Shown: one piece after another, positions 53,006 through 64,000 of the stretch
Position numbering within the stretch: the first letter of the stretch is position 1
How the letters are laid out: each line of letters starts with the position of its first letter
Source: the human T2T-CHM13v2.0 reference genome, Homo sapiens
Assembly (NCBI RefSeq): GCF_009914755.1
Contig: NC_060928.1
Reading direction: 5' to 3' (one strand)
DNA: 64,000 nt
The notes under the pieces: generated by a model
Told to the model about the DNA's origin: nothing
Seen by the model: the letters and a program-made list of their open reading frames with translations, nothing else
Database searches by the model: none
Program-made: the position numbers and the translations under genes

Positions 53006-54482
53006 GTGGGCAACTTATTTTTAGAAACATTTCTCCAACAGCTGGCCCCTGAGAAGAAAAGACCATTTAACACATATAGGGTTGATGCGTTTTGTAGGTG
53101 GAAGCCAGGTATTTATAGATGCATGTCGTCAGTGTTGCCTGGTGTTGCTGTGCCAGGAGTCAGTGTGGGGTCCTGAAATCCAGATTACTGAGGTGTTAGT
53201 ACTGTAATTATTCTTACCAGAAAATGCCCCAGCCAAAAGTGGATGGAATTTTCCCACCTGAATTACAATACCTCCACAAACCAGGCCAAGAAGTGTCCTC
53301 AGTGGCAGAGCATTTCTAGCCTTTCCGTGATGCTCAGATAGTCAGATAATGTCTGTAATCCCTAATAGCTACAGAACAGATGAGGGAAGGTGTCCTCTCT
53401 ACCTGTCAACTTGTGACTATTTACTGATGAGTACTGGGACTTTGAACTCCCCTTTTCTCTCTATCTCTGAAGCTTATCTTTGCTGCTGTGCAGTTCTTTG
53501 CCCCTGTATTGCGCCTGGAGCTTCTGGAATGCCACAAGATGCTAAATAGTTCCTACCTTTTCCTTTTCTTACCATCAATCTGACTTAATTATCTGATGGT
53601 GTCACTATAGAAATAAAAGCCATTGGCATTCTTAAACAAGCAGCTGTGCTGTTAGAAGAATCAGGAGTCACCTGATATTTACAGCTATTTGGGCATTGTG
53701 TTACAGTTGCTTGTATTGGTAGCTCAGCCAGCCCAAACATATCTCTTTTAGAACATGAGGTAATAAAGCCAGTACATAAGATATTGGAGGAAATTGTAAG
53801 TTTGTATGGATTGAAATTGTTTCTAACAGCCTACCTTTGGCATAAATCAGCTGTACATCTTTAAATTTTTTAAATTACATAAGTTAAATGGTATGGCTTA
53901 GAAGTAAAATTTTGGCAAGAGATTTAGTATTTCAGACATTGTATGTTGCACTTATTTTTAATTAAATTGTTTTAATTATTTTGTCATCATCTACAATCTT
54001 AAGTTTCATAATAAAAACCATTTTTACTTTATGGCTATAAGAGTTGATACACAGAAAGATTTAATGGACTCGTAAAGCCATGTCCTGATTGGGTAGTAAT
54101 GAAGGAATGCACAGATTTCTAAGCTAGCTCCCTTCCTTTCTTTCTTTAATTTTTCTTTCTTTCATATTATGCCCAATTTTAACCTTGTTTGCTAGCTGAG
54201 GAGTTGCTAAGAATTTTAATGAACTATCTGGGTGTCTAATGTTCTTATTTATAAACTTTAATTAGCCAGTTGAATTGTGAAGAGAATGGAATGTGTGGTT
54301 TTGGGCTTCTGGGATGATATGCAAAATAAAATAGTAAAAAAAGAAAGTTTACTGAGAGGGGCAATATGAAATGTGTTAGTCATATTTGTATCTGATCTTT
54401 GTAATTTATCTGATTATTACCATGGGTACTCCATATACATGTATGAAGATGTAAAGTTTTTCATTTTCAGCAAATGAGTTCC

Positions 54483-54797
54483 TTTTTTTTTTTCCTTTTA
54501 CTTTGTTTTCTTTTTGGAGACAGAGTCTCGATCTGTCACCCAGGCTGGAGTGCAGTGGTCTGGTCTCGGCTCACTGCAACTTCCGCCTCCTGGGTTCAAG
54601 TGATTCTCCTGCCTCAGCCTCCTGAGTAGCTGGGACTACAGGTGCATGCCATCATGCCTGGCTAGTTTTTTGTATTTTAATAGAGATGGGGTTTCATCGT
54701 GTTGCCCAGGCTGGTCTTGAACTCCTGAGCTCAGGCAATCTGCCTGCCTTGTCCTCCCAAAGTGCTAGGGTTACAGACGTGAGCCACCGTGCCTGGC
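54483..54797 (-). mobile_element. Alu (AluS-like)
   Basis: TSD AAAT(G/T)AGTTCCTTTT. Confidence 0.95.
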
Positions 54798-56546
54798 CAA
54801 ATTAGTTCCTTTTGTTACCTAGCCTCCTTTGTCAGTTATCTATGCATTAAACGGTTTTCAGTGCCTGGTCTTCAGCATTGGATTGGATGATGGCTGATGG
54901 AAGAAAAAAAAACAGTGGTTATACCTTGGAATTTAGTTTTCAGTTACTGGTGAATTTTAGATCCAAGGAGACTACTAAACCTGGCTCAGTTATTTTTGGA
55001 CACCAAAACATAATTTTATTGGAAAGCGAACACACTCTATCAACCAATTTTAAATAAAAAAGGTCTTTTGAATCAGCCAGAAGTTAAAATGTGAGCATTG
55101 TGTTCTGAGCTGAAGATGTCAGGTTATGTGAGTACTTGTTCTCTATAGACTAATATAGTGAGCCTTGAAATATAGTATTAGACAACTGCTTTCTGATTAT
55201 CTTAGTACCCTAAATTGAGAGTTTCAGTTTGCTTGGGTTTCAAATTACTTAAATGAGAAATAATATTAACACTGGCCCAACTAATGAAAAATTATGCAAT
55301 TGCCACTAAGCCCCATGAGGGTGGAGACTTTGTAGGTCTTTGTCACTGTTGTATTTCTAGATCCTAGAATAGTTTCCTGACACATAAGAGACACCAATAT
55401 CAATTACTGAATGAATGAATAGGATAATAGATTGAGAAATTATATAAGGTCTTAGTCTTTTTTGCAGTATTTCCCTTGGGAAATAAAATAAAACTAAAAA
55501 TTTATTTATTCTGTAGGTAAAGAACTGGGCTCGCTATGGTAAGACATTATATAAGCATAAATAATATACTTTAAAAAGATGCCTCAGCCACATTCATACT
55601 TGCCCTCTTCTAGATATTCTCATCTTTGATAAAATACAAGGATTCCTAAAAACATAATTTCCTGAATCTCAAAACAAAGCAGGTAGGGTGCAAAGCCAAC
55701 ATATTTGAGTGCTATATACTAAAAGTTTATATATGGGTGTGTACATATGTATATACACACACACACACACACACAAAAGATCTATAACAACTGTTTCCCA
55801 TCGTACAGGTGAGAAGGTAAGCTCAGTTACTTGGAGATGAAGGCTGATTTTGAATCCAGGTCTGACTCCAAAATTCATGCATTTGACACCATGTTATTTA
55901 CTCTGAGTACTACAGTTTAACATCTGCGGTTTACTTCACAAACTTCTTGAAGGAGTTGTTCGCATTTACTGTTCCCAAATTGTTACTGAGGTTAATCTAG
56001 TGAATACTTTTCAGTTTTATATTACCTGTCATTTTTGGTACCATTTGATACTGAAGGTCTTCTTGAAGGTCCCACTTGAGATCCTATCTGCATTTGGTTT
56101 CTAACTCCTGGTTTCCTACTTCTGACCACTCTTGTGGGGTTTCATTAAATTTGTAAACTATTTGGTTGGGGTGGAAATGACATCTTACCTATATCGAGTT
56201 TTCCCATCTGTAAACATGCATAGCTCCCCTTTTAAGTCTTTTAAAAATGATTTTCAATAAAGTTTTAAAATTTTCTCCATAAAAGTCCTAGATACTATTT
56301 GTTATCATCATAAATATTTTTTTAATAACTAACAGTTCTAATAATGTGTTGTAGGTGTAAATAAACCGAATTTTTATATATTCTTGTATCAAGCAAGTTG
56401 CTGAATTATTTTCAATAGTTCATCTGTATGTTCTCCTAACTTTAAAAGAAACTTTTTATTTTGGAATAATTTTAGATCTACAGAAGATTTACAAAGACTT
56501 TACAAAGTTCCTCTATACCCTTCACCTAGATTTCCCTAAGGTTAAC

Positions 56547-56856
56547 TTTTTTTTTTTTTTTTTTTTTTTTTTTGAGACAAGATCCTGCTCTGTTGCCTAG
56601 GCTGAAGAGCAGTGGCCCAATCATGGTTCACTGCAACCTCCACCCACCCAGGCTCCAGTGATTCTTGTGCCTCAGCCTCCCAAGTAGCTGGGATTACAGG
56701 CATATGCCACCACGCCTGGCTATTTTTTTGTATTTTTTGTAGAGACAGGTTCTTGCCATGTTGACCAGGCTGGTCTCGAATTCCTGGCTTCAAGCAATCC
56801 ACCCACCTTGGCCTCCCGAAGTGCTAGGCTACAGGCGTGAGCCACTGCACCCAGCC
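56547..56856 (-). mobile_element. Alu inserted in an L1MC-like remnant (about 56450-57030)
   Basis: Long T tract then antisense Alu; L1MC motifs on both sides. Confidence 0.9.
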
Positions 56857-59829
56857 TTACTTCTTACATATCTGTGGCACCTTTGTCAAAACTAAGAAAT
56901 TGATACTGGTTACAACGCTGGTTCTAAAGTATAGATTTATTTGGATTTTGCCGCTTTTTCCACTAATGTCCTTTTTCTGTTCCGAGATCCAATCCAGAAT
57001 ATCATGGTGCATTTAGTCCCTTGATTTTTTAATGGAGAAAATGGTACTGTCTGCAAATAATAACTGTTAGATACCTTAGTTTCCAAGTATTGTGTGTGTG
57101 TAGGTATTAGGTGTGCATATACGTATCTTCCTGCACTAGCTCGTACTGACCACTCCATCCAGGCTCTTCTTGCTCTACATCCTATACTTCTCCCATAAAT
57201 GTTGGTGCTTCCTTGGATTATGTCCTTTGCCCTTTAATCTGCGCTGGCTACACACTTTTGAGAAGATCGCAGCCACTTTACATCTCCCTGTAGGGATTAG
57301 GCACAGCCTGCACTCCCAAGGCAGCCACTGTTAGCTCTGATTATTACCTCTTTATTTCTAATAGATTCCTTTTTTGAACTCTGGATTCATATAGCTGACT
57401 GCTTTCTGGACATCTCTGTCTGAATTTTCCACAGGCATTGCAATTTCACTGTGTCTGAAGGGAACATATATCATTGTCTTCTCTTGCCAACTTTCCCCTC
57501 CTGCTGCTCCAACCACCTCCAAGTTATCCAAGACAGAAAAACCTGGGACCTATTTCTGAACTATTTGCTTTATTCTTTCCTCCCTTCTTCTCTCCTTCCT
57601 TTTTGCCCTCTTTTTACCTCCCTCCCTTCCTTCTCCTCATAGCCCCTGTGAATCCTGCTTCCTTCATGTCTCCCGTATTTGTTACCTTCTGTCCACTCCC
57701 ACAGTTGGTGCTTCCTTGGATTCTGTCCTTTGTCCCCACTGTTTCATTAAAAGCTCTCATTCTTTCATGCTATTACACACTACCAAACTCCTTAACATAG
57801 TATTCAGAGCCTCTGGTATCTCCAGCCTCATTTAGTCCCCCATACCCCCTTCCACAACACACACATACATACCCCTACACTCCATGCTACCTAATTGCTG
57901 GAAGTTCCTTAGATGTGCTAGGCTTTCTCTCCCTTTCTCCTTTGGAAGTTATATAAGATGCTTTCTTTTTGTTCCCGTTCTTTCTTTTCCTTACTATTGC
58001 TAATTCTTTCAGTCTCCAATCATTTGTCACTGCTTCCAGGAAACCTCTCTATTCAGGCTGGGTTAGATGTATTCTCTGAGTGCTCTCAAAGTAGCCTGTG
58101 TATATTTTTCTCATGGCACTTACAGTATTGAGCTTTAGTCATCCGTGTACCAGTCCTCATCGCCTCAACCATGCTGTATGTTCCTTAAGGCTAAAGACCA
58201 ATGTTATATTTTCCTTTGGGCTTCCTATTGCTTAGCACAGTACCTGGCACATAGCTGTTACCCATAAATGTTAATTGAATTAATGAGTAAATGTATTCAC
58301 CATTTATGGAAACACTGACTTGTCTGTTTCCAAAAACCATATTCTTTCACCAGGGACAGATCTCTCTAAATATCAGCTTCCTTATTTCTAAATAGGGAAG
58401 GTGTACTGGATGATCCCTTACACTGCTGATAAATTGGTATTGTATGATTCTAAGATTCATCATCCTGGGGCATATACAAAAGAAAATGATGTGGATTGTG
58501 GAAGATATTCCAAAATAGGAGTTCCAAAATATTTTAAGCAATGGTGGTAATGTTGAAATAATAATTTGGCTTTTTGGTCCTACTGTTTAACTAATGTGTT
58601 GAGTGCCAATGATCTGAACACTTGAACATTTAAGTGATTTACTTATGGTGATCAGAGTTTCTATTCCTTTGCTGACATATCTAAATCATTTTAGAAAGAT
58701 TGTGTCAATTCTCCTTTGCTGAAGATTTTCAAGTCAAAGTTGGACAGTTGTTTGTCATGGATATTGTAGATGTGATTTAAGATATAATTGTGTAATGATA
58801 AGGCTAAGTGACCACTAAGATTTTGCTTTATGATGAGATGCTTCAATTTTGTAGTTTAGAGCTTTTGCTTTTATGTTACAATATTTTAAAAAATTGAATT
58901 TAAAGCTTGGATAACATACTATTTATTTGTCTAAGTTTAGGTCTTAGTGGATTTAATATCAACATTAGAAAGTTACCAGAAGTCTATGTTTATCAAAATT
59001 GTTGACTTCCATGCATCCAAAAACTGACTCTAGGGAGTCATCTCCGGCTTGTTAAAATGAGCTGGGTTAAGTCAGTGTCTAAAGTCCAATTTAGAAAGGT
59101 CTCTTAGCACAGCCTTTTAAAAAATTTATAAAAATGTAAAATACAAACACAGAAAATCACGTTTAAAAATTTGTACTTTAGGGAATTATTCCTATGTGAA
59201 CATTCTTATAACTGTTGCTCAGGTCATAAAACAGAACTTTGCCAGCCACCTCAGAAGCGTTCTATGCCCTGTCTCTATCACAGACTGTCTTCCCCAATGA
59301 AAGTGTAGACTTATTTCAGTCACTTCTTTATTTTTCTTAATAGTTTTTATCATAGAAATAGGTATTCTAAAATAGTCTACTTTAGTTTGGCCTTTGAAAA
59401 TATATGAATTTTTAGCTGTTTTCATGTCATGTCTTCCTTCCATCCTTTTTTCTCCCTTGCAATTACTTGCTAAAGAAATTGGATTGTTTGATCTATAGAG
59501 TTTCTCAGCCTGGGTTTTCTTGATTGCTCTAGGTGTGTAGGACTTAAGTGTTTAGAACAGGCATGGCTGTTTCATGCCTCAGTCCTGGAATGACATTCTA
59601 CCCAGAATATCATTCTCTTTTGTCTCTCCCTTGCCAATACCTTGCTCATGTGGTTATCTTCTATCTATACTCCAAAACTTAGCTCAAAACTCACCCCTCC
59701 TAGAAATATTCCCAGCCTTTTCATTTAATAATGGATATGTCCTATTCTGTAGTCTCCTAGCACCTGTAAAAAACTCCAGTATGACACCAATCACATGGCT
59801 GCAATTCTTTCTTTTTCTAAAAATATATA

Positions 59830-60243
59830 TGTTTAGAGATGTATTGGAAGGAGTTGGCTTACACCATAGTGGGGGCTGGTGAGGCAAGTCTGAGATCCAT
59901 AGGCAGGCTGGCAGAACTGGCAGGCTAGAATTCTCTGGCATAGGCTGAAGTGGCTGTCCACAGGCAGAATTTCTGCTGGGAAGCTTCAGCTCTGCTCATA
60001 AGGCCTTTCAACTGATTGAAACAGGCCTGCAGCATTTTCAAGAATAATGTTCTTTACTCGAAGTCAATTGTTGAAACAGGCCTGCAACATTTTCAAGAAT
60101 AATCTTCTTTACTGGAAGTCAATTGATTATGGACTTTAATCACATTTACAAAGTACCTTCACAGCAACACATAGATTAGTGTTTCATTGAATTACTGGGG
60201 ACTGCAGCCTAGCCAAGTTGATACATTAAAAAAAAATCACACT
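59830..60243. mobile_element. MLT2-family LTR with internal 55-bp duplication
   Basis: GGAGTTGGCTTACAC, GGCAAGTCTGAGATCCATAGGCAGGC, GGCCTTTCAACTGATTGA, GCCTAGCCAAGTTGATACATTAAA. Confidence 0.8.
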
Positions 60244-60707
60244 GCATCTTTTGATTTTCCTTCTGAATCTCTGCTTTTCTTTTTCCTAATTTTGGCCTCT
60301 GTAAACCTTTCATTTTTTTCATGCTTTAGCATTGTGAGGGACTTAATACTGGGATATTTTTTCACAATATCTTGTTCACCATCTTACCTGTCATTCTTTT
60401 CCCTGAGGTACTTTGATCCAACAGACATTCACTCGATTCTGTTGTGTGTCGGGCAGTGTGCCACTGCTAGGGATACAGAAATGGATAAGGTATAGTTCCC
60501 TACCCTCAAAAAGCTCACCGTCAGTTGGTGGGGGACAGACAGGTATGGTATAAAATTACTGTGAGTGGTATAAAATTACCTGAAGGCATAAAATATCCAG
60601 CTAGTGTTAAAATTTTCCTGATGGTCTCATATTTTCTTTACAGTTGGTTTATTCTCCATCAGAAGTTGAACAAGGTTCACATATCCCTTTTGGGTGATAC
60701 GTCTCCA

Positions 60708-61011
60708 AACTCCCTTTATAATTGAGAAATTCTCTCTTTTTCCTTGAACTCATGAATGTGCGTATTTTCAGTCATGTTTAATATGATGCACAGTTGGTAT
60801 TTTTATTCTAGATTGCTTTAAAGTTTTAACAATGCTAACATTGTTACATATGGATGTAACAAAGTTAACTCCCTTTTTAATTGAGAAATTCTCTCTCCCT
60901 CCTTGAACTCACTCATGAATGTGCTTATTTTCAGTTGTGTTTAATATGACACACAGTTGGTATTTTATTCTAGATTGTTTTAAAGTTTTAACAATGCAAA
61001 CATTGTTACAT
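60708..61011. repeat. Local tandem duplication of about 142 bp (two copies)
   Basis: Copy 1 60708-60849 and copy 2 60867-61011, both AACTCCCTTT.TAATTGAGAAATTCTCTCT...CATTGTTACAT; roughly 90% identical by eye. Confidence 0.95.
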
Positions 61012-61373
61012 GCTTATTATAAAGGTAACATGCACAACTGAGAAAAAAATTTAAATATCGCAATGCATGTGGAAGTAAAATATCATTTTTATCTCATTAT
61101 CCCCAAATAATTGGTAACCCTTTGGGATTGTTTCCTACTAATCTGTACATATTCAAATGTACAGTTTTTACATATTAAATATTCCCTGTGCTATTACTTT
61201 GGGTTTAATTTGCTCTTATTTTTCTAGATCATAATGTAGAAGCTTAGATTTTTATGTTTTGTTTATCTAATACAAATATTTAAAGCTGTAACTTTCCCAT
61301 TAAACATGCTGAGTTTTCATTATCATAAAACTAGAAATATTTTCTAAATTTCTTTGTGATTTATTTTCTCTGT

Positions 61374-61685
61374 TTTTTTTTGTTTGTTTGTTTGTTTTGT
61401 TGTTGTTGTTGAGACAGGGTCTTCTCTGTCATCCAGGCTGGAGTGCATTCGTGCTATCTCGGCTGACTGCAACCTCTGCCTCCCAGGCCCAAGCAATTCT
61501 TGTGCCTCAGCCTTCTAGGTAGCTGGGATTACAGGCGCATGCCACCATGCCTGGCTAATTTTTTTTATTTTTTGTAGAGTGGGGTTTTGCCATGTTGGCC
61601 AGGCTGGCCTCGAACTCCTGATCTCAAGCAATCCACCCATCTCCCAAAGTACTGAGATTATAGGCATGAACCACCACGCCTGGCC
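61374..61685 (-). mobile_element. Alu
   Basis: (TTTG)/(TTG) tail then antisense Alu; TSD TTCTCTGT.TTTT. Confidence 0.95.
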
Positions 61686-61924
61686 TTCTCTGTGTTTTAT
61701 TTGGAAATGCATTGCCTAATTTCCAAATATTTGGGGATTTTCCAGATATCATATTGCTAACATTTCTACTTTAATACGTCATATGATTTCAGTCATTTCA
61801 AATGTATTGAGGCTTGTTTTATGGTCAAGCATATAATTTATTCTTGGGAACGTTCTATGTGCCCTTGAAAAGAATGTAGATTCTGCAGATGTTGGGTGTA
61901 GTGATCTTTAAGTGTCATTTTGGG

Positions 61925-63415
<1,491 letters not shown>

Positions 63416-63615
63416 AACAGGTAAAACAAACAAAGGAACCACGGGTACCAACAGTTCAGAATAAGTGCCTTCGATATTACTTAGTATTATGGTGTCTTTG
63501 GAAAAGGAATTTCTCAGATGGAGTTAATTGATTTGAACAATTCAAGACCAGTAGGCAAATTGCCATAGATGGCTTCCCAAGCTGGCAGTTAATTTTTTTC
63601 TGTTAAAAATATATA

Positions 63616-63747
63616 TTTTTTTAATTTTTTAGAGACACGATTTCACTTTGTTGCCCAGGCTGGTCTCAAACCCTGGGCTCAAGTGATCTGCCTGCCAAGG
63701 CCTCCCAGAGTGCTGGAATTACAGGTGTGAGCCACTGTGCTCAGCCA
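63616..63747 (-). mobile_element. Free left Alu monomer (FLAM-like)
   Basis: A single Alu arm only, preceded by T-rich tail. Confidence 0.8.
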
Positions 63748-64000
63748 CAATTAATGTTTTGGAACATAGTTTTCAAATGACTATATTAGGAGGATGAAGT
63801 CTTAGGTAAATGAAACTTACCTGATTTAAACAACAGTATCATTTAAATCACGATTGGTAATGCTGTTCACACCTTCCATATTCTTAATGATTTATTCTCT
63901 TGTCAGTTTTTGCTTCAGATATTTTAGAGTTCTATTATTAGCTGCTAAACATTTAAGATGATTATGGTGACCCTGTTTATTTCTGGTTATACTACTTGCC

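Overview
Human (primate) genomic DNA containing the 5' part of the FGF2 (basic fibroblast growth factor) locus: about 22.5 kb of repeat-rich upstream sequence, a CpG-island promoter, exon 1 (four in-frame CUG starts plus the AUG start, donor GT at 23452) and about 40.5 kb of intron 1. Exon 2 is not reached. The window also holds two processed ribosomal-protein pseudogenes that the ORF track misses (RPL34-derived upstream, RPS26-derived in intron 1), a full-length SVA with an 82-nt 3' transduction inside its target-site duplication, near-full-length fossils of a Charlie3 (hAT) and a Tigger1 (pogo) DNA transposon, several solo LTRs, more than 20 Alus, and L1/L2/MIR remnants. Nearly all other ORFs in the track are repeat-derived or GC-shadow artefacts. 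I found no evidence for a new multi-gene system. The best leads are smaller: the SVA transduction, two tandem AUG-stop elements in the FGF2 leader, CUG-initiated (GGGGCC)n read as Gly-Arg, new splice donors in the intronic RPS26 retrocopy, and a tandem duplication with a fold-back junction. Repeat subfamily names come from recalled consensus sequences, not from a search, and boundaries of old repeats are approximate.
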